The translations under genes and the position numbers were made by a program. Under the pieces are notes generated by a model. That model was not told the origin of the DNA. It searched no databases and saw only the letters and a program-made list of their open reading frames with translations. A stretch of 64,000 bases of DNA. It comes from Naegleria gruberi (taxonomy: Eukaryota). Positions 23,134 through 34,766 of the stretch are shown one piece after another. Position 1 is the stretch's first letter. Each line of letters begins with the position of its first letter. Location: assembly GCA_000004985.1 (NCBI GenBank), contig GG738920.1; one strand, 5' to 3'.

Positions 23134-24078
23134 ATGTCGTCATTCTCAACCAAACCTCACTCTCCCCGTTTTAATAGCCAGGCTGTTGAGTTGAATGAAA
23201 TTTTACAGTACATACAAAATAGATGCACTCAGAGTTTATCATGTGATGGATATCATTATGGATGGAATGGACAATATGAATGTGTATTGGAGGATGCTGC
23301 CATCAAAGTGAATATTACCAAGTTTATTGAAAAAAACAGGGAGGAACAGTTTGTATATTATTATGTAAGACCTGATTATAGGAAGGATGATAAGGTGATT
23401 GATTATATTGTAAATGAATCATCGGAATTGATTGTTGAAAAAGATTCCTTCTTGTTGGATCGTTTGAACGGAAGAAAGGTTGTCTATTGGGAAAAGTGTA
23501 ATTTTGTGGAATATCAAGCTGTGGAGAAGGCCTACGGGGATCACCATGCTGAGAGATCGGGTGTTCATCTCATCAATCATATTGATGAAGGGATGTACAT
23601 TTTGAAAAAAGTGGGAGCTTCTGAACTAGCTCAAAAAGCTTATATTTTACACCCTCTCATTCAAGGAGACTCAGAAATCAAGGAATTTTTTAACAACCAA
23701 TTGCTGAATGATGAGAATAGGAATAAGTGGGATATCAGAGTTATAATGCTTGCCACCGAGTACAGAAATATTGCAAACGCTTACCTATCTCACTGTGCAT
23801 CTTCAGAAACATTTGCATTGAGTTCACTAAAGGAAGTTAATCAGATGTTAATGTAAGTTTCCTACTATTTAAAATAGTTGAATTAACATTTCTAGTGCTG
23901 ATAAGATTCAAAACAGAAAAGATTTTGAAAAGTATCACATCTTGACACACCCAAAAACAAATCGTCTACAAGAGTATTTTGGACAATGGTTAAGAAGATT
24001 GGAAATCTCTGAGGAATATTACAAACAAACAGTTGAAGAAATTTATAATCTTATTGGTAGTTCCTCTAAATATCTCTA
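23134..24078 (+). CDS. Hypothetical protein, 2 exons (intron about 23860..23895)
   Basis: ORF 23134..23856 ends at a stop created by the G|TAAGT donor (aat|gtaagt). Acceptor ttctag|tgctgat restores the frame, giving ..MLIADKIQNRKDFEKYHILTHPKTNRLQEYFGQWLRRLEISEEYYKQTVEEIYNLIGSSSKYL*. No family recognised. Confidence 0.4.
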
Positions 24079-24284
24079 ATTTGAATTGATAAACTTTAAT
24101 TTAAAACTCTATGCAAGTTGTTCATATTTATGGTAATTATGAATTTGAACTCAATGGTAGTGAAGTATCTAAATTAATTAGTCAATTCGTCAAGAAGAAT
24201 TGAAAACTTTATTCTCTGTTGTTGTATTATAGAACTAATATTAATAAATTTTGTAAATATAGTAAGAATTGGAAGAGATTTCTA

Positions 24285-26903
24285 TTATTTTACATGCTTA
24301 TCAGGTAAGTGAATCATCTTAACTTTAAGGCATTTGGCTCTTGTAGAATCAATCAAAGTATTCAAAGTTGTTTTTTTGATTTTTGTAATGCAAAGCTCTT
24401 TAACAGATGAAAGAGACCAACAAGGAAATTCAACATTAAATGTGTCAATAAGGTTAATGTGAATGAGGTTCAATTTAGAGTTGTCTATTTCTTTGGTATA
24501 ATGAAGTTTTAGATTGTAACAGGTCTCAATTTTTAGATTAGTTAATAATGGAAGCAGTGCCATGTCAAGTTCTACTGTTTGACTTGATGAAATAGTTAAG
24601 CTTTTCAAAATACATGTTGCATTGTTTGAGAATATTGTTTGCTGACTTATGTTGAGTGTTTCCAAATTAGAAAGTTTCTGCAAATCTATTGGAAAGTTGA
24701 TTAGTTTCTGATTACCATTTGTCATAATTGTTAAACTATTAAGAGTGGCTGATTCAACTGGTGGGGGAATTTTCATCTCTGGATAGACAGTTAAACTTGC
24801 TATCATTAATCCAGGATTAGATAAAATAGCATTAACTTTTTCCGTTACATTGCTTGTTTGTTCACATGAAAGATTTGATAATTTTCGAGTACAATACATA
24901 TAGAGACCATCACTGTTAATATATTCCACTACTTCATATTCCTGAGCTTTTCCTGAAATGCTTGACAAAATTTGATTCCAAATATCAGATGACATGTTGG
25001 AGAATTTGATTTTCCTAATTGTAGACACTTGCTTCAAATTATTTACAAGCAAATCTAATAGGTTCTTATTGCTATTACTAATGCTCAAATCAAGATTGTC
25101 AATGTTGCTTGAATAAGGGAAAATTAAGAAATTATTTGGGTCATTAATTGTTAACAGAGAAATGCTGTGGATCTGAACGGAAAAATGATTGATTTCCCCA
25201 ACATTAATTTCACAAATAGATTGATCTGTAATTTGTAGGATGAATATAGATAGACTCTTACATGAAGGAGATGATAAGGACAAAAACTGAGGATTTCTAT
25301 ACATGTAAAATGATGTAGAAATAGGATGGCTAGATTGTTCAATATTGATTGATTCAGTTACTGAATTAAAATTACATCTGTCAAGTTTACAATCTTTAGC
25401 ATGGAAAGACAAGGATGAAGAAATGTCAACATCATCCAATTTAGGAAGATCTAGTGCTTGTATATTTCTTGCTTCTGAAACTTTCAAAACCTCCAATTTG
25501 TGAAATTTCGAATCAAAATACAAATCCAATTTTTGATTATAGTCCTCGACACATGATCTAACATTTAGATTCTCCAAAGAGTCATAATGCTTGTCAATCA
25601 AGAAATCTTTTCTGAATTTTGAATATTTCAATTCAAGAGTTTGCAGCTTTGGAAATAGTTTTTGGTTTTCAACACTCAATTCAAAATGCTCTAATTCAAA
25701 ATATGAAAGTATAGGTGCATCAACATTGTCAAACTTGATGTGATGTAATTTCAGAGTTTGCATTGTTGGATTCAATTCTTCTTGGTATTTTCCATGAAAA
25801 TCTAGCCATTTCAAGTGTGGTAGTGAAATATCCTTTAGAACAATTGTCTCCTCTGGTGCAGATTTCAAAGTGACAGAAACTCTTTTCAAGTATTGATAGA
25901 GAACACTAAAACATTGAGTTTCTATAGCAAATACAGTCGTTGTTACTTGAATATTTGGACAACTTTGCACAAAATTTGAAATATTTTTCAATAATACATT
26001 CGATTTCCCCTCTCCCAAGTTGATTGACATGTTAACTCTCTTCATTTCATTTTTCTTTTCACTTGTAAATTTGGAAATTAGGTTCCTTTTCAAAACATCT
26101 TGGAGTGAGAAGAAGGATGAATAGCTCACAACAATGCCTTCCATTTCATGCCACCAATTCTTTTTTTCAAAATCAATTTCAGAATTGAACCAATAATTGC
26201 AATCTACATAATTCGATTGCGATCTAAAAGAAGCACATCGAATGTGTGGAAATTTCTCATGATACCTTCCAATAGTCAAATGAGTTTCCTTTCTCTTGTG
26301 TAATTCTAGAGGTAGAGGATTGAAACCCTCAAAGTAAATATCCATACTATCTGTATCACAGAGAACATTAACAAATTCAGAGTAGGAATCGAGTAATTCC
26401 AATTCACATGAAGAATAATGATGAATTTTGTTTTTTTTTTCTTGTGCAATAAAAGTACTTGTGGAAGGTACCTTTCCTTCCTTGATTGTTTCCAAAGTGG
26501 AATCATCATCAATGGGAGGACAATAAGAAACCTCTCCCATATAATAATCTACCTTTTGTTTCGAATAACTTTCAAAGGTTGGCAGCTTTAAATTTGCATA
26601 ATTCTCATCACATCTCATCACTAATTTCTTACATAATTTCAAGTTGCAATCCAAAAAACATGGAAATCTAAATAAACATCTCGACCACAAATCCGTATTA
26701 TTTCTCACCAAATCTCTCAATTTACGATTCGTATGCACGAGTGAGATGAGAGAAGTGTAATCGGAACAGGAAATGCAAGAAAGTGCTGGAAATGGATAAC
26801 AAATTACGAGAGGTTTAGCAAAAAAGTAGTCACATATTTGTGAGATGAGATCTTCAGAGAGATCGTAGAGTTTGTAGTGATGGAGGCTTTGGTTTTCGTT
26901 CAT
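24285..26903 (-). CDS. F-box-like / leucine-rich-repeat protein (872 aa)
   Basis: N-terminal LSEDLISQICDYFFAKPL resembles an F-box. Body made of irregular L-x-x-L-x-L-x-x-N LRR-like units (LKLHHIKFDNVDAPILSYFELEHFELSVENQKLFPKLQTLELKYSKF...). Confidence 0.55.
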   Translation of the reverse strand: MNENQSLHHYKLYDLSEDLISQICDYFFAKPLVICYPFPALSCISCSDYTSLISLVHTNRKLRDLVRNNTDLWSRCLFRFPCFLDCNLKLCKKLVMRCDENYANLKLPTFESYSKQKVDYYMGEVSYCPPIDDDSTLETIKEGKVPSTSTFIAQEKKNKIHHYSSCELELLDSYSEFVNVLCDTDSMDIYFEGFNPLPLELHKRKETHLTIGRYHEKFPHIRCASFRSQSNYVDCNYWFNSEIDFEKKNWWHEMEGIVVSYSSFFSLQDVLKRNLISKFTSEKKNEMKRVNMSINLGEGKSNVLLKNISNFVQSCPNIQVTTTVFAIETQCFSVLYQYLKRVSVTLKSAPEETIVLKDISLPHLKWLDFHGKYQEELNPTMQTLKLHHIKFDNVDAPILSYFELEHFELSVENQKLFPKLQTLELKYSKFRKDFLIDKHYDSLENLNVRSCVEDYNQKLDLYFDSKFHKLEVLKVSEARNIQALDLPKLDDVDISSSLSFHAKDCKLDRCNFNSVTESINIEQSSHPISTSFYMYRNPQFLSLSSPSCKSLSIFILQITDQSICEINVGEINHFSVQIHSISLLTINDPNNFLIFPYSSNIDNLDLSISNSNKNLLDLLVNNLKQVSTIRKIKFSNMSSDIWNQILSSISGKAQEYEVVEYINSDGLYMYCTRKLSNLSCEQTSNVTEKVNAILSNPGLMIASLTVYPEMKIPPPVESATLNSLTIMTNGNQKLINFPIDLQKLSNLETLNISQQTIFSNNATCILKSLTISSSQTVELDMALLPLLTNLKIETCYNLKLHYTKEIDNSKLNLIHINLIDTFNVEFPCWSLSSVKELCITKIKKTTLNTLIDSTRAKCLKVKMIHLPDKHVK

Positions 26904-27362
26904 TTTTTTTTTTAAATTTACTGTTCCAGTTGATTAGGTTGTTTACAATGACCTTTCGAATGAGTTTTATTTCACACGCTGGAAAGGGCGGTCAGGCCAA
27001 TAATAGTTGTTCAAAATTTTGCTGTACTATGAGAAAGGTTGGGATTCAACTCTTTTTGAAAAAGTTTGGCACTCAGTTTATCTTATTGAGGCAGCCATTG
27101 GATTTTTTAAAATAATTTTCCTTAATTTTGGAAATCAAAAAAAATGTTCAAACTTAAAATCCTTATTCCCAACAGACATTGCATTGTTGTTAGAGGTGCT
27201 GGTGCAATACTTGCTTTTAATAAATCAATCAACAACAATAAACACTTTACCACCACCTGCATTCCATTCAACAAATGTAAAGACTTTGATAAATGGACAA
27301 GAATGGATTGAATGGCCCTCTTGAAGAACTCATCTTTATATTCTCTCAATTGGTCCAATTAA

Positions 27363-28773
27363 ATGCACCAGAAGTTGAAGATATCTTTACAGAATCAACA
27401 GAATTTATTGCCTCTGATTGTATTGATTGATTCATTTCATGCCATCAACACAAACACTAGCCCCAATGGTTCTCTTTATGAAGTTGGAATTCTCCTATTC
27501 GAAAGCATGAAATATGAGCTGAAATCCAGTGCCACTTTGTCTCTTGTTTTATCTGCCAATTCCTTTCCAAACCAGTTTATCTTCAGCCGATACATGTTAC
27601 AATCTCAAAGTTGTAAACCTAGAGTTGCTGTTTGGAGCAAATGTTTTTCAAGAAATTACATTCGAATTGTTCTCTGCATATCTACATAGTGGTCAAAGAA
27701 TTGGGAGGAAATCCAGTGGCATGTGATAGCGCAAAAGAGCTTTCTCCTTATCTATCCAGAATAATTGTTTCTGTTTTATTAATGTGTAGTGGAAATGGAA
27801 GAGCAATGGAAAATATGTATTACCATTATGGTTCAGACCTTGCTAAAATGGTAGCTGACGAATTGTCAATTTCCCCACTTGAAAGGTCAACTCTATCTCA
27901 CCAAGAATTTGATATTTTGGAACAATGTAGAAAGACAATACAAACCTTTGCGAAGAAATACCCAGACAAACCTGAAGTTGGATTCTTTGATGAAGGTGAA
28001 GCACAGTATTTCCAATTAATCAAAGTGATGGGAATTACAAAACCACCATATCAACCACTTTTCCCAAGATCAAAGGATAAGCATAGTTTGACGGAGTTTC
28101 AAAAGATTGGATGGTGTGTTAAACTTGGAGTGGATAAAGAGCTATGTCAAGCAAGTTATGCTGGTTCCTTTATGATAAACATTTAACAAAACCGAAATTC
28201 CAAACGAAACTACAAGATGATCATTTCAAAAAAACTATTGCAGCCTCTATTTGGGCAAGCTATTGTTTGGGCTGTTTGGAATCTAATGTACCGATTGGAT
28301 CATGTCTTCCAATTGAAAAAGTACTTCCTGAAAGTATGATTCCAGATGATTGCAAATCTGGCCAAGTTTCTCTCAAAGGGGTTGTAAAATTATGCAAGCA
28401 ATTTGATTCTCTATCAGATATTGATGTTCTACCTGTGGAAAGGGTAATTCTTAATTCTGCAAAAGCAAAATTTGCAGATATAATTTTGCCTGTCAAGGTC
28501 AAAAACGAGCAAAGATTTATTGGCATACAAGCATGTTACCTCAAGTCAAATAGATCACAATCCAACCTATTCAAAATGGTTCAAGATATGAAATATGTAT
28601 TAGAATTACCATCTTTCTCATACCTCTTTATATCCACTTACAATGTTCTCAACTTTCCAATTCCCAAAAAAATAGCACCACATGTTAATTATTTATTGAA
28701 ACACCAAACCCAGTTTAAAGCAACACTGCCAAATAATCTGGTTTCCTATTGGTGGAATCAAATAATTCTCTGA
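27363..28773 (+). other. Chain of overlapping ORFs in three frames (27363..27689, 27632..28186, 28144..28773); uncharacterised gene with introns or frameshifts
   Basis: Successive -1 frame shifts between ORFs of 108, 184 and 209 aa; no recognisable domain; could be one multi-exon gene or a decayed gene. Confidence 0.25.
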
Positions 28774-28876
28774 AAATAGTAAAGAAGTTCACTAACATGA
28801 TGTGCTTTATTTCAAAGATACTACATAATCTCAGAAAAGAATGTATAATTTGAAAAAAGTGAAAAGAGTTCCTGAA

Positions 28877-31800
28877 CTAATAGAAATAAGAATTATCCAT
28901 TCCTTCTGTCCATGAATCCACTTCTGAACATGTTGATTCTACTTCTGATTCATCTCCAGTCAAGTCATACAAGTCATCATCATCATTATAATTCTCATCA
29001 TATTCTCCTTCACTATTTTCTTCAAGATTTTGAATTTCTTCATCCGAATCCACTCTAATTTCCTTCTCTTTCGTAGCAATCATTACCAGTTCCTTAAAGT
29101 TTATCCACCCAAAACTGAAAATATTGAACTGATTTTTCTCTGTATGAGTAATGTAATACCAGGCAGAGGCAATTGCCAATCGCTCACTCTCCCCATATTT
29201 CCTTACCATCTCTTCGAAAACATTCCTAAAATGTTTCAGGTAGAATGAAATGGTGATTGCAATGGTTTCGTGAATATCATGTTCCTTATGTCCAAAGCAT
29301 TTGATATTGGTATTAATCCAACCTGAAATAATTTGTGATTCGTCCTCAACGCCATACTTTACCATATCCGAGTTGACAAATCTACTGTAATTGTAATAAT
29401 GTGGCTCTATTTCCTTCAAGTACTTGTCAAATCCGTCAACAATGAGTAATGAATTGTGCTTTTTGTTGCATTTTCCTGGTGTTTCATGTTTGAATTGTGT
29501 TTCATCAAATAGTTTTCCAAGCACTTTTTTAGACTTGTACTTTCTTTTCATAGAAGAAATCATAAAGTGTGGATATTCATATAATTTGACCTTTGATGGA
29601 ATGATTGCAAATTTACCACTCTTGGCACTGTCTACAGCTGTTGAGTGAAGCTCACAAAGTGTTAAACATTCCTTCGATGTTAAACCATTTTTTCTAAAAT
29701 CAGAATTAGCCAAATGAGTATTGGCAATCAATCCAAGATTATTTCTCGTAATAAACTCTATGAAAAAGTCTATAATATCATCTTGCTTAATCTTGTATTC
29801 TTCTTCCTCCTCGTCTTTTTTGTTTGTTGGTTTGGCTACAGCTCCAACTGAATAGTCCATTGGTTCAGAATCTGATTCAGGAATCAAGTCTGGATCCCAA
29901 TAGACAAAAAATTGATCACCATCAAGATCTGAGCCTGTTATCATGTTTGTTATTGGCCTTTTTCCTTTCTTAGAAAATACCACAACATCATTTAAATGGT
30001 AAAGTTCTGGACGATCGACTGCTGTTACTATTCTCAAATCACCTTTATGTAGAGAAGGGTTCTTTCCAACAATACATCTTCCCTTAACTACTCCAAATTC
30101 AGCATTAGGTCTATGAAAGATAGGTGATAAATTAACAAAGATTTCATTTTCCTCCAAAACTCCATACTCATCAATGGCTCCCATTAAATACGCTGATTTC
30201 TCAATATATATTTTAGTCTTGTCTCGTAATCCTTTCAATAATTGTTCCTTATATGAACTCAACATATTCATGATAAAATTTTCTGATGTTGCAATTTCTG
30301 GTACATATTTAAGAACATGGCAAATAAATGTCCTTGTATGGTTGGAATGGTAAATCGACAGCCATTCATAGGCCTTTGAGACATCGTCTGTTATACTAAG
30401 AATGGAACGTATCATTTCTCTCTGTTTTGTCATGAATATTTCATCCTTAATTCCAAGTGCTGTCAAAATTGTTATGAATTGTCTATTCAAAAATCCACTT
30501 CTCCTCTTTGAGTAATCCACAATTTCCAATTGTTTCTGTATTGAGGTAAATTTGAATTGACTCTTTCTGAAAACTATTTGTTCTCCTTTTAAAGTTGGAT
30601 CTATTGCTAATACTCCCTTTCCTCCTCCACATCTAAATTGAATAGCTGATAGTAATGATTCTCCTAATTGAAGCTTTTCCTTTACTCGTTGCATCATTTC
30701 TTCACTTATCTTTCCAATACCATCTGTAAAAGTGAATCCATTTCTTTCAATATCTTCAACTGGTTCAATATCTTTAGTAATTTCAATTGATGGAGTTGTA
30801 CTTGTTAAGCATTGTCCAAATCTTGCTGCAACCTTTGCAGGTGTTTTAATGTCAGTGAAATCTCCCATATAATCGAATGTCCTGTGGTGATGGTTTCAAC
30901 TTGTTGTAATCTCTGAGGAAAAACCAACTTGACGAATTTCTTAATTGTGAAGATGAAAATCCAAGAAATTCCAATCGTTTCATGTCAGTAATCATTATAC
31001 CTCTACTCATCAGTTGCTTGATACGATTGCTAATATTTCTGAACTCACTCGCGAACAGATTATTGAAATTATCATCTAAGAAATTAACTCTAAAAAAGTT
31101 TTCTCTACTTCCCCACTTTTTATCGGCGTATCTGATGACTAGATTTGTTTTATCAACCTCAGGAGGTAAAAAGTAAATCTTGGTAGGTGTTACAATGACC
31201 TTTTTGCACAGATTCACCTCTTGTGCAGAGTCTCCCTGCATTAATATAGAACGACTCATTTGTAATTGGTAATCTTTTGAATTTAAATACGTTTCAATAG
31301 TTTCTTCCAAATTGTAAACTCTACTTGGATACTTGATTAAATAGTCAAAGTAAATCTTTTCCAAAAGGGTTCCCATTTTGATTTTGTACTCGTTTGATTC
31401 GTCTCCTTTTAACAATTCGAAAAATTTGTCACTATAATTGCATGGACTGAAAATACCATGACTTTCTAATACCAATAAATAATATTGAATATTGTAAAAG
31501 TCAAGTTTTCTAATCTTTTCCAAAGAGGAGTTTGAAATTTCAAACTTCTTGTGACAGAAATCAATACTTTTGATTGGAACTGCCTCTATTTTCTCTTTCA
31601 ATAACTCAAACAATTTTGGTATCTGCTTTTTGACATCCTGGAACAAACTCAATTTCAGTAAAAACACCTGAGTAAGTCCAATGTCTTCAAAAAGAGTATT
31701 TGTTTCTTTGCAAATCCTTGCACGTGAGGTTGTTTTAAAATTTTCCATATACTGTTGTTCCAACATGAGTGGAATATTCTTTGATTCCAATTCCAAGAAG

Positions 31801-32401
31801 AATTTTCCAACAATCTAATTCCATTCTTAATAGTTGCCAAATTGAATCTTAATTCAAATAACTTTCCATCAAATTTAATATTCAATTTCAACATTCCATC
31901 ATGATTTCTCAAATAATAATTTCGTTTTCTCTCTTTGAAATCCTTTGAAGCACCTTTCTCATACATAAATCGACTATAATTATAAAAAGTAGGCTTTTCC
32001 GATACGAGTGGATCATCTTTCCAATATCCAAAGCTAATGACATCAATATTCAATAGTGGACTTTGCTTTGGAGTGAATACTTTAAAGGCTTGTTTTTTTC
32101 CTCCCCTAGAATTTCCACCTCTTCCTCTTCCCCTAGAATTGCCACCTCTTCCTACTGATTGAGCATTAGAAGATGATGGTGGTGGTGATGATGATTGAGT
32201 ATTAGAAGAAGAGGATGCAGAGGAATTGTTTGATTGTTGAGTTCCCGAATTTGTGTTTACATTATTTGAGGAGGAGGAAACATTTGTGGAAACTCGATTG
32301 GTTTTACCTCCCCGAGGATTGTTTTGTTGGGAGTGATGAGGACGGTTCCGATTATTATTCATTTTTTTCTTTTTGATTTTTATTAAAATTTTGAATTGCA
32401 A
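28877..32401 (-). CDS. Cellular RNA-dependent RNA polymerase (RDR/QDE-1 family), about 1200 aa, with RGG/low-complexity N-terminus
   Basis: Catalytic motif NMITGSDLDGDQFFVYWDPDLIP (DxDGD) in ORF 28877..30868. RDR N-domain block KKVIVTPTKIYFLPPEVDKTNLVIRYADKKWGSRENFFRVNFLDDN in ORF 30852..31796. RGG repeats (GRGGNSRGRGRGGNSRGG) in ORF 31655..32401. Two frame discontinuities (~30860 and ~31700-31796) imply short introns or indels. Confidence 0.85.
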
Positions 32402-32539
32402 ATTGACCTAATTAAGTGATGGGAATTCTGAAAGGTCATGTCGTGTGTTCAATTCCTGTTGACCAGCACCAATTTTTTTAAGTAATTTCAATAATATTTA
32501 CAACAAATTTTAATTTAAACTATTTCAATATGATTTTAA

Positions 32540-34290
32540 TCATTGTTGATTATGTAATTGAATGAATTGATCTTGAAGTCCATTAGCATTGTTAATCTTC
32601 TTCTTTCTACAATTCTGAACCAAAAAGTAAATGACAACCATCAAGAAGGCAGTAATGAAACATCCACCAAAGAATGAAGCAACCACTGAGGCAGCAAAAA
32701 CTCCAACTCCTTCAAAAACAACGATCGTATCAGTTGACTTTCCATTATCAGCAGATGAAGAATTGTAAAACCATGGAATGGCCATCAAACTAATTCCATT
32801 ACATTCACCTGTACAATGACCTAATGTACAATTCATGGTTGCACATGGACAATTGAGAACTTCTTGAGTGATATCAAGACAATCTGGATCAATAACACCA
32901 CATCCACAATCACAACCATCAGATGCATTATAATATTGAGGAGAACATGTCCAATCTGGTGGAACATATTTCTTATTTTCACAATGACCATTGACATTAC
33001 AGAATTGATTGACAAGACAACCATAAGCAAATGAATCATAGGTTTGTTTGGTACAATCTGGATCTGGATAACCACATTCACAGTTACAGACACCATCTCC
33101 ATAATAGGAAGCAAGACATTTCCACTCAGTTGGAACAGGTCCATATTTGCTCATTACTCTTTGACATGATGCAGTTGTGGAATTACAAAAGAAGGCACCA
33201 GAAGATGGACAATTGAATAAAGAAGAACCTTGTTGTAAACAATCTGGATCGAAAACACCACATCCACAATCACAACCATCTATATTTTAAATGAATTACC
33301 ATTTTAGTAAATTTGAAATATTACCAATTATGTAAAAATAGATAAGTAATTAATTATTATATATAAAAAAAACATACCTGAAGTATTATAACTATTTGGA
33401 TTACATTTCCATCCAATTGGTACATCTCTAACAGCTCCAATACTTCTCAATCTCATTTCTTGTTTGAAATTTTCCAATTCCCAATCATTTGGCATTGACA
33501 GAACATCATTATTAGTGTCGGCATTATAATTCTTTCCATCCTTTGGACATTTAACTTTCATCAAATCAATAAATGTAATATTTGTGTTATATTCTGAAAC
33601 AAATGAAGGACTCATATCTCTCCACCATTGAGAACCATTTCCCATAGCAATAACTCTGAAACATTTGCCAGGTGGTACAATGACTTCTAATTCACCTTGA
33701 AATGGTAAACCTTCAACTCCTGTAATGTCTCTACCTCCAGATTTGGAAAATCTAAACATGTATCTATTACTGGCAAATCCAGATGCAACATGTGCTGATT
33801 TTGAAGTACTTAAAAATCCAGAATTTTGTAACAAGTCACCAATTTTAGGAATGTTATCCAAACCAGTTCCTCTAAAAGTTTCAAATTCATACTTGACTAA
33901 TTTCTTTAAAGCAACATTTAAACCAGTTGAAAAATCATGAACCCAACCAGGTCTTGAATTATTTGGTGTAACTTTCAAATGACAGTTCAATAATGGATAA
34001 AGTCTTGGATATTCTGCCTTGTAAGCATAAATATTTCTATAATCTTCATAATTAATACCTGGATTATAAGAAGTGGCAACATTTAATCCCAATTCTGTCA
34101 TGTTTGACTTGGAATTTAATTTATCATTGAGTGGTGAATTGACCACATAATTGCAATATTCTTGTGCAAGAGATGCGGCTAATATTTGACTAGTGCTACC
34201 AAGAATGAGAAGCATTGACATGATGACAACACTGATCGATGCAACGAACATGTACTGTTGTTGATCACGAGGTCCAGGACGGATAAACAT
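32540..34290 (-). CDS. Membrane-anchored mono-ADP-ribosyltransferase (R-S-E class) fused to three Cys-rich repeats and a C-terminal TM helix; 2 exons, intron 33280..33377, about 550 aa
   Basis: Exon 1 (33378..34290): signal/anchor MFVASISVVIMSMLLILGSTSQILAAS, then ART triad FRGTG (Arg), LSTSKS (STS) and FQGELEVIVPPG (E-x-E). Exon 1 ends ..NPNSYNTS at the donor cag|GTATGTTTTT; acceptor aaaatatag|ATGGTTGTG at 33279 continues in phase 1 with DGCDCGCGVFDPDC. Exon 2 holds three W-K/T-C...Y..DG-C-[DN]-C-[GE]-C-G..DPDC repeats, TM VGVFAASVVASFFGGCFITAFLMVVIYFLV and basic tail RKKK. Confidence 0.7.
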
Positions 34291-34766
34291 TTTCTGATGT
34301 GTTTGTGTGTGAAAATCAGCGACAACAACAACTGTCAGTAGTAGTGGATGATGTGAAATTGTTTTTTTTCGCGATTTTATTTGAAGGTACGAGATAGAGG
34401 TACCATCTCTCGATATTCGATATGTTCAGAAGGGTTGCATTGATGTGAGTAACCTCTTCTTTACTGGAGGTCAAGTGCTGGTGGTGGAGTATGAAACAGT
34501 TTTGATTGGTGCAACCTTGTAAAATCAGTTGACCAATTTTTGAAGAGTTACAGCAAACGGAGTAATTACCCAATGAAACATGTACAATTTACAAATTTAC
34601 AGTATATTGTTTTTTTGAATTGGTAAATTATAACAGTTCACTATTCTCCAATTCTGGGTATGCATATTTCATTCGCTCACTCTTGAGCATTTTCCTATCC
34701 AATGCATTGCCACATTCTGAATAACAGAAAATACCATACCTCTCACCGATTGTTAATTTGAGGCTG

